A stretch of DNA of 64,000 nucleotides from an uncultured delta proteobacterium (GCA_963827685.1 CAWHBU010000001.1:64001-128000), one strand, 5' to 3'. Shown: positions 50,076 to 59,696, counted from the first letter of the stretch. Notes: generated by a model not told the origin, from the sequence alone. Program-made: numbers and translations.

Positions 50076-50150
50076 CGCAAAGCGCATCCCCCCCACCCTT
50101 TCCCTCCCCCTCGAGGGGGGAGGGGGTGGTTGTTTAATTTGTGAGAAGTT

Positions 50151-50627
50151 ATGAAAAAACCTCAATCCATCCGCTCGATTCTTGAGAAAACCGTGAAGAC
50201 TTTAGAGATCGATGTCCCATTGAAAACCTATTCCATATTGGGAGCATGGAACGAAATCGTAGGTGAATCCGTGGCGGGTCATTCTCAACCCCATTCCATT
50301 CGAAACCGAATTCTCTTCATTGATGTCACCCATCCAACCTGGATGCAACAACTCCAGTTTCTTAAACCTACCCTTCTCGAAAAAGTAAATACCTTTTTAG
50401 GCGAGTCGCTCATCCAGGACATTCGATTCAAATTGGGGAAGATCTCTCGAACCATCCCTGCTCCTCCAAAAACCCTTTGGATGGAAGACGAGAAACTTGA
50501 CAAAGCGACCTTGAACCGCATTGAAAGTCTTCTCCAAGAAATTGATGATGAAGAGGTACAGAAGAGTCTGCGCGAGGTTTTGATCAAAGGAGCAAAATTG
50601 GAGCGTTACAGAAGGAAACAAAAATAG
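50151..50627 (+). CDS. dciA: DUF721/DciA family protein
   Basis: WNEIVG...WMQQLQFLK...IQDIRF. Confidence 0.8.
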   Translation: MKKPQSIRSILEKTVKTLEIDVPLKTYSILGAWNEIVGESVAGHSQPHSIRNRILFIDVTHPTWMQQLQFLKPTLLEKVNTFLGESLIQDIRFKLGKISRTIPAPPKTLWMEDEKLDKATLNRIESLLQEIDDEEVQKSLREVLIKGAKLERYRRKQK

Positions 50628-50638
50628 AAGGCTGATGA

Positions 50639-50833
50639 TTATTTCAATCTCAACCCCGAACCTCTTATTTCATTTTCCATTTCTTCTATTTGCCATTGAG
50701 TGAGGGCATCCATCTTATCATAAAACCGAAAATCCTCGTCACTCATCAAATGGTTACAATCGAGATCGCAATAACCCCCTTCAAGGATACATTTTGAATC
50801 TTGATAGAATTTGCAGGATTTCTCGAGACTCAT
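50639..50833 (-). CDS. Small four-Cys hypothetical protein
   Basis: GGAGGGG RBS; C-x7-C-x6-C-x3-C followed by an acidic tail. Confidence 0.7.
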   Translation of the reverse strand: MSLEKSCKFYQDSKCILEGGYCDLDCNHLMSDEDFRFYDKMDALTQWQIEEMENEIRGSGLRLK

Positions 50834-50867
50834 CAACACCCCTCCTTACAAAGAAAATCGTCATAGA

Positions 50868-50903
50868 TAAAAAACCCTATGATGGAAATAGACGACGGGT
50901 TTT
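50868..50903 (-). terminator. Leader terminator upstream of the small Cys protein
   Basis: AAAACCC...GGGTTTTTT on the minus strand. Confidence 0.6.
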
Positions 50904-50914
50904 GCAAAATTTTC

Positions 50915-51035
50915 TCTGTTTCAGCCCGCAGGCGTCGCTTTCCCCATCTACACCCTATTGGGAACAGTAGGCCCTCCATCGGTTACGGCGGGCAAGGACC
51001 CTCCCATTGTTTAGAGTTTGGCCTTTTCGGTAACT
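50915..51035 (-). ncRNA. Structured leader, GEMM-I-like riboswitch candidate
   Basis: CCGAAAAGGCCAAAC-[long hairpin]-GGGGAAAGC between a sigma-54 promoter and a terminator. Confidence 0.5.
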
Positions 51036-51071
51036 TAGATACCACCCATTACTATAGAGCACCTTGAACAT

Positions 51072-51088
51072 TGCAATACCAATGCCAA
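51072..51088 (-). promoter_or_regulatory. Sigma-54 promoter
   Basis: TTGGCATTGGTATTGCA (GG-N10-GC). Confidence 0.78.
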
Positions 51089-51475
51089 TGTAAGGAACCC
51101 TTAAGCCTGTTGAAGAATGAAGGATTTAATTGAACATTGAAATGAATAAGACACCTAAGAATGGAATTTTTCTAACCATACGGTACAATTCTGAACCTTA
51201 ATCAGATCCAAATACCTTGTCCGCCTTCCATCCCCGGTTATTGATTGCTCGCAATGGGTATTCGACCGGCAGCCGCTCACCCATCTTGTTGCTCACCGTT
51301 CTAAGTTTGCTACCATTCTATTTCCTTTGAAATCTATAAGAAAAATCGGCACAATTTGTCGCTTCAGTGGCCTTTCTTGTTACTTTTCAAATCTTGAGAC
51401 AAATGACATTTTTCTGGCTTAAGAAAAAAATTCATAAATTCCAATAGATACATTTACTCTTAAATTCTTATTTTA

Positions 51476-51491
51476 TGGCACACAAGATGCA
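51476..51491 (+). promoter_or_regulatory. Sigma-54 promoter (divergent)
   Basis: TGGCACACAAGATGCA (GG-N10-GC) after an AT-rich tract. Confidence 0.6.
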
Positions 51492-51550
51492 GGTCAGCAG
51501 AAAAGGTTTACTTTGTTTACAAAGTCTACAGATAGTACAAGCTGGCAACA

Positions 51551-51742
51551 ATGGTTTTGAATAAAACCTCACAAAAAGGGCTCAAGGATGGATGGATCAG
51601 GGCCACATTCATCCTAAGGAAGGATTACTTAGAGAAACTCAAGGCATTAGCATACTGGGAAAGAAAGAAGATTAAAGAGGTCATCGATGAGGCGTTAAGG
51701 TTGTATCTCAGGAGGAAAAAAAACAAGAGCAAGGACAAATAG
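51551..51742 (+). CDS. Small ribbon-helix-helix DNA-binding protein
   Basis: RATFILRKDYLEKLKALAYWERKKIKEVIDEALRLYL. Confidence 0.75.
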   Translation: MVLNKTSQKGLKDGWIRATFILRKDYLEKLKALAYWERKKIKEVIDEALRLYLRRKKNKSKDK

Positions 51743-51814
51743 AAAATCTACCTATTAGATTGGAAGGAATTTCACCTCGCAATCTGTGAAAAAGTTATTT
51801 TTAAATCTATCGAA

Positions 51815-52597
51815 ATGAATAAGATTTTGATAACCATTTTATTTGTCACCTTACTACTCGTCCTTTCTCCATTAGGATTGCTGCCAGCCTGGGGGACAGT
51901 TCGTGTCCCCATTCTTCTTTACCATCGCTTTGGGCCTGTAGCTGCCGACAGCATGACGGTGACAACAACCCTTTTCGAGTCCCAGCTGAAATATCTCAGG
52001 GACAATGGTTATAATGTGATACCTCTCAGAGAACTTGCCGACTATTATCTTGGAAAGAGGCAGGCTCCCCAACCCCGTTCAGTCGTGATTACCGTTGATG
52101 ACGGCCACATTTCTGTCTATAGAGACATGTTTCCTCTCGTCAGGAAATACCATATCCCAGTCACCCTTTTCATATATCCTTCGGCAATATCTAACGCACC
52201 CTATGCCATGACATGGGACCAGCTTAAGGAGATGAAAGAAACAGGGTTTTTTGACTTTCAGTCTCATACGTTTTGGCATCCTAACTTCAAGAAAGACAAG
52301 AAGAGGCTAAAACCGGCTGAATATGAGAGTTTTGTTGGCATGCAATTAAGAAAATCAAAGGAGAAACTGGAGAAAGAGTTGAATGTCAGAGTGAGTATGC
52401 TGGCGTGGCCTTTTGGCATCTATGATGACGACCTCATCCATCGGGCCATCGAAGCAGGATATGTGGCTACATTTACTATGGAGCGCCATCCTGCCAGCGC
52501 TCTTGATAATGTTATGGCGCTTCCCCGTTATCTTATGACGAACGGAGAAACAGGTAGAGGCTTTGCGACCATACTGGCAGACTCACCGCGGGGGTAG
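51815..52597 (+). CDS. Secreted polysaccharide deacetylase (NodB/CE4)
   Basis: PILLYH, ITVDDG, QSHTFWH, AWPFG. Confidence 0.92.
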   Translation: MNKILITILFVTLLLVLSPLGLLPAWGTVRVPILLYHRFGPVAADSMTVTTTLFESQLKYLRDNGYNVIPLRELADYYLGKRQAPQPRSVVITVDDGHISVYRDMFPLVRKYHIPVTLFIYPSAISNAPYAMTWDQLKEMKETGFFDFQSHTFWHPNFKKDKKRLKPAEYESFVGMQLRKSKEKLEKELNVRVSMLAWPFGIYDDDLIHRAIEAGYVATFTMERHPASALDNVMALPRYLMTNGETGRGFATILADSPRG

Positions 52598-52601
52598 AAA
52601 A

Positions 52602-53879
52602 ATGCTCATGAGTAAGGGACATAAGGCACTGATGATATTGTTTGTAAATCTTCTCTTATTGATTCCAGTGTATGCCATGGCGTATACCACTGGAAGAGTC
52701 GTCGATTTTTTCACAGGGAAGCCGGTAAAGGGAGCCCTTGTTACTTTGAATAATGATGTTGTCCTGACTGATCAAAATGGGATTTTCACGGTGAGCACTG
52801 CATTGAGTAAATTGTCGGTGAGAGCGCCCGGATACGGAAGAACCGAGCAGATCTTCATCCCTTTAAATGGGCAGCCTCAAGAGATAAAGCTCATCCCTTT
52901 TACACCCAAAGCCCTTTACCTCTCCTTTTTTGGAATCGGGGATAGAAATCTGCGAGAATCTGCAATCAAACTTATGCAGGAGACCGAGCTCAATACCCTT
53001 GTCATTGATGTGAAGGGGGACAGAGGCATGATCCCTTATAAAAGCTCGATCCCCCTTGCCGCTGGAGTGGGTGCTCAACGAACCATCACGGTAAAAGAGA
53101 TGGCCCATCTGATGAGATCGTTGAAGGCGAAAGGGATCTATACGATTGCACGGATCGTTGTGTTTAAAGACAATCTCCTCGCCCTGGCACGGCCTGATTG
53201 GGCGGTGAAGACACCGGGCGGTGAAATATGGCGCGATCGAGAAAACCTGGCTTGGGTGGATCCATTCAACAAGGAGGTATGGGATTATAATATCAATATT
53301 GCCATGGAAGCGGCTCAATACGGATTTGACGAAATCCAGTTCGACTATGTCCGATTTCCTGATGCCTCGGGCCTTCGATTCTCAATGCCCAATACAGAGG
53401 AGAACAGGGTCAATGCCGTCTCCGGATTTCTCATGGAAGCGAGAAGGAGGCTGATTCCTTACAACATCTTTCTCTCTGCAGATATCTTTGGCTACGTCTG
53501 CTGGAATCTCAACGACACCAAGATTGGACAAAGGCTTGAAGACCTTGTCACCCACCTTGACTATATCTGTCCTATGTTATACCCATCCGGATTTCAGTAC
53601 GGAATACCCGGCTACAGAAATCCTGTTGCAAACCCGTATGAAATCATTTATCTTTCCCTCAAACGAGCCCAAGAACGGACCAATCTCCCATCCCATCGTT
53701 TCAGACCGTGGCTACAGGCATTTAAAGATTATGCTTTTGACGGAAGATGCTTCAGCGACAAAGAGATCATGGGTGAGGTCAAGGCGGCTGAAGGATTTGG
53801 TTCCCATGGTTGGATGCTCTGGAATCCAAGGAACACTTACTCCTCGGCGGGCCTGAAAAAAGAAAAGCCATTGGGCTGA
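52602..53879 (+). CDS. Putative glycoside hydrolase (DUF4015-like) with N-terminal carboxypeptidase-regulatory-like domain
   Basis: IDVKGDRG, ARIVVFKD, FDEIQFDYVRFP, PMLYPS, RPWLQAF. Confidence 0.85.
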   Translation: MLMSKGHKALMILFVNLLLLIPVYAMAYTTGRVVDFFTGKPVKGALVTLNNDVVLTDQNGIFTVSTALSKLSVRAPGYGRTEQIFIPLNGQPQEIKLIPFTPKALYLSFFGIGDRNLRESAIKLMQETELNTLVIDVKGDRGMIPYKSSIPLAAGVGAQRTITVKEMAHLMRSLKAKGIYTIARIVVFKDNLLALARPDWAVKTPGGEIWRDRENLAWVDPFNKEVWDYNINIAMEAAQYGFDEIQFDYVRFPDASGLRFSMPNTEENRVNAVSGFLMEARRRLIPYNIFLSADIFGYVCWNLNDTKIGQRLEDLVTHLDYICPMLYPSGFQYGIPGYRNPVANPYEIIYLSLKRAQERTNLPSHRFRPWLQAFKDYAFDGRCFSDKEIMGEVKAAEGFGSHGWMLWNPRNTYSSAGLKKEKPLG

Positions 53880-53912
53880 GATTCGTTTCGATTCGTTCGC
53901 TAAGAATTCGGG

Positions 53913-56240
53913 ATGATCATTTTAAAGGAGCAGAAGACTGTGAAGCGGTGGAGGATTCTCTTCCCACTGATTCTATCCGTTATGATTGCCACCTCAGCAT
54001 CCTCTCAGATGCTTCAGGAAGAGCAAATGGCGCCCATTGCAGAGATGGCGAGGAAGGCGATTCAATCTGGCAAGATTCCGGGAGCTGTCATTTTGATCGG
54101 AAACCAGGGGAAAATTGTATACCGACAGGCTTTCGGCTTTCGCGCACTAAAACCGAAGAAGTTACCCATGACAACAGATACCATTTTCGATATTGCCTCC
54201 CTGACTAAGGTAATCGCCACATCCACCGCAGTGGCGCAGTTGATAGAGATGGGAAAATTAAATCTCGAAGACCCAGTTGCTAAATATTGGCCTGAGTTTA
54301 AAGTTAACGCCAAAGAAGAGATCACGGTGCGAGATCTCCTTACGCACTATTCCGGCCTTCGACCGGCTCTGGACTCCAGGCCAAATGGGTCAGGTTATGA
54401 CACCGCCCTCCGTATGATTGAAGAGGAGAAACCCGTTCTTCCTCCTGGAACGAGTTTCATCTATAGTGACATCAATTTTATCGTTCTGGGTGAGCTTGTC
54501 TCACGCATCTCCGGGGAGCCCCTTGACGTCTACTGCGCCGATCACATATTCAAACCTCTGGGAATGAAGGACACGGGCTTCAAACCCTCCCCTCTTGTCC
54601 GGCCTCGCATCGCGCCTACCCAATACCAGCACGGGACCACAGGGAAAATCCTCTGGGGAGAGGTCCATGATCCTATGGCCCACAGCATGGGGGGTGTGGC
54701 CGGACACGCTGGGCTTTTCTCCACCGCCGATGACCTTGCGGTCTTTAGCCAGATGATCCTCGATGGAGGCAGCAGAAAAGGTGTGCAGATTCTTAGTCCT
54801 TTTATGGTCAAGAAGATGACCGCCCCGCAATCCCCGTCTGACAAAATCCCTCCAAGGGGACTCGGCTGGAATATTGGCTCGTCCCTCATTTCTGTAGGCT
54901 CCTTTGAACACAAAGGGTTCACCGGAACCGGGATTTGGATGGATCCGGTTTCCAAGACATATGTCATTATCCTGTCTAATCGGGTTCACCCAAATGGCAA
55001 AGGGAATGTCGAACCGCTGCGAGCCAAGATCTTATCACTTATCAATGAATCGATTGGAATGGCCAGCCGACCCTCGCTCGGTGACTATGACGAACAATGG
55101 GCGGGCAACAGTGGAAAGGTACAAACAGGAATCGACGTTCTGGCTGGAGAGAAGTTCAGACCCCTGGCTGGATTGCGTGTGGGACTGATTACCAATCATT
55201 CGGGCATCGATTCTGGAGGAAGGCGGACCGTAGACCTGCTCCATAAGGCTCCAAATGTAAAACTGGTAGCGATTTTCAGCCCGGAGCATGGCTTCTCAGG
55301 AAAGGCAGAAGGAAGGGTTTCCTTGACAAAAGAGCCTTTGACAGGCCTGCCTATATACAGTCTTTACGGAGACGTTGCTCGCCCGACGCAAAAGATGCTC
55401 GTTGGCCTCGACGCGCTCGTCTTCGACATTCAGGATGCAGGAGCTCGCTTCTACACCTACATCACCACAATGGGTTATGCGATGGAGGCGTGTGCCAAGA
55501 AGGGAATTCCTTTTTATGTTCTCGACAGGCCAAATCCGATCACGGCGTCAGTGGTCCAGGGACCTATCCTGGACAGGAACCTGAGATCATTCACTGGATA
55601 TTTCCCTCTGCCAGTCCGGCATGGTATGACGGTTGGTGAGCTCGCTACATTGTTTAACGCCGAAACGAAGATTGGGGCCAAACTGCACGTCATCAGAATG
55701 CGTGGTTATGAACGCACCCACTGGTATGACGAGACCGGCTTGCTGTGGCTGAGCCCATCGCCTAACTTGCGTACTTTAACAGAAGCGATCCTTTATCCGG
55801 GAGTGGCGATGGTTGAAAGTGCAAACGTGAGCGTGGGCCGGGGGACGACAACACCTTTCGAACTTCTCGGCGCTCCCTGGGTGAATGGAGAAGAGCTTGC
55901 GTCATACCTGAACAACCGCAGAATCCAGGGTGTCCGATTCATGCCGGTGGATTTTACACCGGGAAGCAGTAGTTTTAAGAATCAATTATGTCACGGCGTC
56001 CAGATTGTACTGCTGGATCGACAGGTCTTGGACTCCCCGGCCCTTGGAATCGAAATCGCCAGCGCGCTCCACCGGCTTTATGCAAACGACTTCCAGCTTG
56101 ATAAGACACTGGGACTGATTGGATCTCGTGAGGTTCTGAAGGCCATTGAGGAGGGTCAGGACCCCACCTCCATTGTGCAATACTGGCAGGGTCCACTGGA
56201 ACAGTTCTGCAATCTCCGGTCGAAATATTTGCTCTATTAA
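53913..56240 (+). CDS. Serine hydrolase (beta-lactamase fold) fused to an exo-beta-N-acetylmuramidase NamZ (DUF1343) domain
   Basis: ASLTK, YSD, HKGFTG; then GLITNHSG, FSPEHG, DIQDAGARFYTY, SPSPN. Confidence 0.92.
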   Translation: MIILKEQKTVKRWRILFPLILSVMIATSASSQMLQEEQMAPIAEMARKAIQSGKIPGAVILIGNQGKIVYRQAFGFRALKPKKLPMTTDTIFDIASLTKVIATSTAVAQLIEMGKLNLEDPVAKYWPEFKVNAKEEITVRDLLTHYSGLRPALDSRPNGSGYDTALRMIEEEKPVLPPGTSFIYSDINFIVLGELVSRISGEPLDVYCADHIFKPLGMKDTGFKPSPLVRPRIAPTQYQHGTTGKILWGEVHDPMAHSMGGVAGHAGLFSTADDLAVFSQMILDGGSRKGVQILSPFMVKKMTAPQSPSDKIPPRGLGWNIGSSLISVGSFEHKGFTGTGIWMDPVSKTYVIILSNRVHPNGKGNVEPLRAKILSLINESIGMASRPSLGDYDEQWAGNSGKVQTGIDVLAGEKFRPLAGLRVGLITNHSGIDSGGRRTVDLLHKAPNVKLVAIFSPEHGFSGKAEGRVSLTKEPLTGLPIYSLYGDVARPTQKMLVGLDALVFDIQDAGARFYTYITTMGYAMEACAKKGIPFYVLDRPNPITASVVQGPILDRNLRSFTGYFPLPVRHGMTVGELATLFNAETKIGAKLHVIRMRGYERTHWYDETGLLWLSPSPNLRTLTEAILYPGVAMVESANVSVGRGTTTPFELLGAPWVNGEELASYLNNRRIQGVRFMPVDFTPGSSSFKNQLCHGVQIVLLDRQVLDSPALGIEIASALHRLYANDFQLDKTLGLIGSREVLKAIEEGQDPTSIVQYWQGPLEQFCNLRSKYLLY

Positions 56241-56393
56241 TTAGCATCTGTCCGTAAACTTGATTATTTCGTCATTCCTGCCCCGATTTTCATCGGGATA
56301 AACTCCAGCAGGAATCCAGAACCGGTTGAAATCCCTGGATACCCGTTTTCACGGGAATGACGGCAATGCAATTTATAAACAGACACTAATTAA
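56237..56393. repeat. MITE/REP composite
   Basis: TTAATTAGCATCTGT...ACAGACACTAATTAA inverted ends around a GTCATTCC...GGAATCCAG...CTGGAT...GGAATGAC palindrome. Confidence 0.7.
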
Positions 56394-56770
56394 TCTCCCC
56401 AAAGGGTTTCATAATGCATGCCGAACGGAAAAGGTGAAAGGGTGAAAATGTCTAAGCTCCAAGGTTTCATGTTCTTCCCTCCTTTGATCAAATTTTCATC
56501 CTAACCAAAAGGCAAGAGCTGAGGAGAGTAGTTTAAAAAAATTTAGTGGGCAACTCAATGCAGCATAAAAAGTATTTTATGATTAGTTGCTTATTTGATA
56601 TGATAGCATCAATGAAGTATACCCTGGCACTTTCCAATACAAATTCTTAAAAACACAAATTCCTGCAGGTCGTCAAACCTGAAACATCATATGATTTTCT
56701 GCGTCTTGTTCAGTGACGGAGACCTTCGGGTGTTAAGAAATACAATTCTTGGATAGGAGTGCAAGTGAGG

Positions 56771-57217
56771 ATGACCTTCAATCGAAATTTCATCAAGTAT
56801 TGGCTTCCCGTAGTGTTTTGGATGGCCTTTATCTTTTGGATGTCTACCGAGACATTTTCCTCGGAGAATACATTGTCGTGGATAGAAATAGTCATACGTT
56901 CTTTAGTGCCTGAAATCTCAACTCAGGGACTCGACTTAATACATACAGTGATTAGAAAGGCCGGACATGTTATCGAGTATTTTATCTTAGGTCTTTTACT
57001 GTTCCGGACGTTTCGCGGCGGCTCTATTTCGTCGTGGAGCTGGCGACGGTCTCTTTACGCTGTCATGATAGTGGCCCTCTGGGCCGCAAGCGATGAGTTT
57101 CACCAATCCTTTGTTCCAACACGGACGGCTTCCGCTGTGGATGTGGGCATCGATATAGCAGGTGGGATCCTTGCGCAGTTTGTCGGTACTTTGTGGCATC
57201 GTTATAGGAGGAAATAA
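56771..57217 (+). CDS. VanZ family membrane protein
   Basis: RKAGHVIEY, DEFHQSFVPTR, DVGID. Confidence 0.92.
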   Translation: MTFNRNFIKYWLPVVFWMAFIFWMSTETFSSENTLSWIEIVIRSLVPEISTQGLDLIHTVIRKAGHVIEYFILGLLLFRTFRGGSISSWSWRRSLYAVMIVALWAASDEFHQSFVPTRTASAVDVGIDIAGGILAQFVGTLWHRYRRK

Positions 57218-57341
57218 AGTTTCAACGGCGATACCTCCGCTTGTTTTCTATTATATTTTGGTGGGTCATTTGAAATTGGAGATTAGAGCTCCTGCCTGCC
57301 GGCAGGCAGGTATTTGGAAGTTGAAATTTGAGCTTTGGACT

Positions 57342-57722
57342 TTAGCCCTGGGATTTTTCCAAGGTGATTTTCACTCCCTCTTTAACTTTCAGGAGGACTT
57401 TGAGGTCGGATAGAACCTTTCCAATCACATTCACCGCACTGGCGGCACGAATCTCTTCACCCCGACTCGCCGGGGTGGGTCCGAAAAAGATGCAGAAGGC
57501 ATGTCCGGTTGGCCAATATCCCAACTCTCCCGCTGAGACGACCTCTCTTGCACCTTGCTCCAGCCCGGCCTTCACCGGAATGGTGAAGTAAATTTCCTCG
57601 CCCCAGAGATTGGTCTTTGCCTCAATCGGGAGAGCTTCCCAGATCAATTGGCCTGTCTCCGATTCGTTCAGCTCAGCTTCGACCCTTAGTTCACTCACGA
57701 GGATTCTGATCTTTTTTCCCAT
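57342..57722 (-). CDS. Cyclophilin-like fold protein (DUF369)
   Basis: WGEEIYF, GYWPTGHAFCIFFGPTP. Confidence 0.9.
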   Translation of the reverse strand: MGKKIRILVSELRVEAELNESETGQLIWEALPIEAKTNLWGEEIYFTIPVKAGLEQGAREVVSAGELGYWPTGHAFCIFFGPTPASRGEEIRAASAVNVIGKVLSDLKVLLKVKEGVKITLEKSQG

Positions 57723-58323
57723 CTTCCACTCCTCTTGCCTCAAGAGGATCAAATTCATTAAAAAGACCTTCATGTTCTTCCTGATTCTCTATATTGTTCG
57801 GAAAGAAAAGGATCTCCCGATCCATCTTGACTGCCTCCCCTTTTAGGGTAAGGAAAGTACGAGTCTGGTTTCTCAACAAAAAGAAGCTAAGTACCACCAG
57901 AACATAGCTGGAAACCTCCCTTGCTGTAATATAGAAAAAGTGTGCGTCCAAACCAAAAAAGTAGTAATCTTCTGTAAAAAGCCTCGCGGTGTTGATCAAA
58001 AGCCCCAGGGTGATGAGCTGCAAAAGGCGTTTGGTCTTCGTCGTATTCTGAGCCAAGGAAAGGACGCACTGATCATAGGTCTTTTTGAAGTTTTTCCAAC
58101 TGCTCGAAATGTTCTTGAGGAGGTCCAGATATACCTTTTCATCCCCTCCGTAAATCTTCAAACGGACCTGTCTGTCTCCACGAAACAGAAGATAACGCTT
58201 TAACAACTCCTCTCTTTCTGAAAGGACTGTCTGGTTTTTTCTGAGTCCTCGGTAAAGCACAAAGGCCAGGCCGATAAGAAGCAAGAAAGGAATTCCTTCG
58301 TTGACCAGCTTGATCCAATTCAT
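57691..58323 (-). CDS. Hypothetical membrane protein
   Basis: 210 aa with three hydrophobic segments; AAGGA RBS. Confidence 0.75.
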   Translation of the reverse strand: MNWIKLVNEGIPFLLLIGLAFVLYRGLRKNQTVLSEREELLKRYLLFRGDRQVRLKIYGGDEKVYLDLLKNISSSWKNFKKTYDQCVLSLAQNTTKTKRLLQLITLGLLINTARLFTEDYYFFGLDAHFFYITAREVSSYVLVVLSFFLLRNQTRTFLTLKGEAVKMDREILFFPNNIENQEEHEGLFNEFDPLEARGVEDGKKDQNPRE

Positions 58324-58408
58324 GACATCCTTTCTCCATCACCCTGTTAGACCTGCCTCACCCTTCCCGTCTCCCTTCGGGGAGACGAATGGGCTGAGGG
58401 GACAGGGT

Positions 58409-59158
58409 TCAGATTCGATTGATCAGGCTGGCCATAAAACCAGCTCCGAACCCGTTATCAATGTTGACCACGGCCACACCCGAGGCGCATGAATTCAACA
58501 TGGCCAGCAGTGCCGTGATCCCTCCAAAACTTGTCCCATAGCCGATACTGGTGGGAACGGCAATCACAGGCCGGTCCACCAACCCACCCACAACGCTGGG
58601 CAAAGCCCCTTCCATTCCAGCCACGACAATGAGGACTCGTGCCGCTTCCAATCTCTGCCTCTCAGAAAGGAGCCGGTGAATCCCTGCGACACCGACATCA
58701 TAAAGGGTGTCCACACGATTCCCCATGAATTGAGCGGTGACCGAGGCTTCCTCAGCAATAGGGATGTCCGTGGTTCCCGCAGTGATGACCAGGATCGTTC
58801 CCTTCCCTTCGGATTTGACGGAATGGGTGAGATAGGTCAGAACTTTGGATCTTGGATAGTATTGGCTCTTCGGAAAGACCTTTTGTATGGCCTTGGCCTT
58901 TTTCTCTTCCAAGCGCGTGATGAGGATATTCTGCCCTTTCCTCTTTAACTGTTTCATAATTGAAAGAACTTGTCCAGACGTCTTCCCTTCCCCCCAGATC
59001 ACCTCTGGAAAGCCTTTTCGAAGACTGCGATGATGATCAATCCTGGTAAACCCCAAGTCTTCAAAGGGAAGCGACTTCAATTCCGCCATGGCCTCATCAA
59101 CTGTGATCTTTCCTGACTTCACTTTCTTCAAGAGAGCTTCGAGCTTCCGAATGTTCAT
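58409..59158 (-). CDS. larB: Nickel pincer cofactor biosynthesis protein LarB
   Basis: IDHHRSLRKGFPEV, AGTTD, DVGVAGIHR, AGMEGALPS, NIDNGFGA. Confidence 0.94.
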   Translation of the reverse strand: MNIRKLEALLKKVKSGKITVDEAMAELKSLPFEDLGFTRIDHHRSLRKGFPEVIWGEGKTSGQVLSIMKQLKRKGQNILITRLEEKKAKAIQKVFPKSQYYPRSKVLTYLTHSVKSEGKGTILVITAGTTDIPIAEEASVTAQFMGNRVDTLYDVGVAGIHRLLSERQRLEAARVLIVVAGMEGALPSVVGGLVDRPVIAVPTSIGYGTSFGGITALLAMLNSCASGVAVVNIDNGFGAGFMASLINRI

Positions 59159-59410
59159 TCATCCCTCTAAAAATTATTCTATTCGGTCTCATGATGAAAA
59201 GTCAAGAAAAACTCCCTCTTCCGTAAACAAATTTTTTCTGGTGAACATTCGTCTGCTGAATGGTTCTCTCATGATGAGTGGGAATAAAAGTTGGGATACT
59301 TCCACAATGATTAGTGATGGAGAGCATCGCTCCTATCTGACACTGCCGTTATTTCTTCGGTAACGAATGGTTTACTAAATCTGGATAAGAAAGCCAAAAG
59401 AATTAGAGCA

Positions 59411-59693
59411 GGGTGCTTGCTCACCCTCAGTTTCTGTTGCTCGCCGAGGGCTTAGGAAGAAATCTCTCTGGGCAAGCTGCTCGGAGGGACCTTATCGGCC
59501 GTACCGCTTAGTGGATTTGCGCCTTAATTCCAACGCCCATGCGGAATCCCTAGAATGGATGGAAGCAGTTATTCATCGATCTACGATGGCCTGATGAAGC
59601 CTCGAAGGGCGGTTCGTCCAGGTGGCAAAAGGCATCGAATCTAAACCAGCGGGGGCGGGAGAAGGAGAAACTGGGGGTAGCAAGAAGCAGGTG
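59411..59693 (+). ncRNA. Unassigned large structured RNA candidate
   Basis: Long end-to-end stem (59414-59445 with 59652-59689) enclosing several hairpins; G-U pairs favour the plus strand; no ORF in the track. Confidence 0.6.
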
Positions 59694-59696
59694 ACC

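Noticed and set aside
59411-59693. RNase P, SRP, tmRNA or hammerhead ribozyme identity
   Set aside because: No GAGGAAAGTCC; GGAAGCAG lacks the preceding SRP CAGG-GNRA stem; no tRNA-like ends; CTGATGA near 59591 is not followed by stem II plus GAAA.
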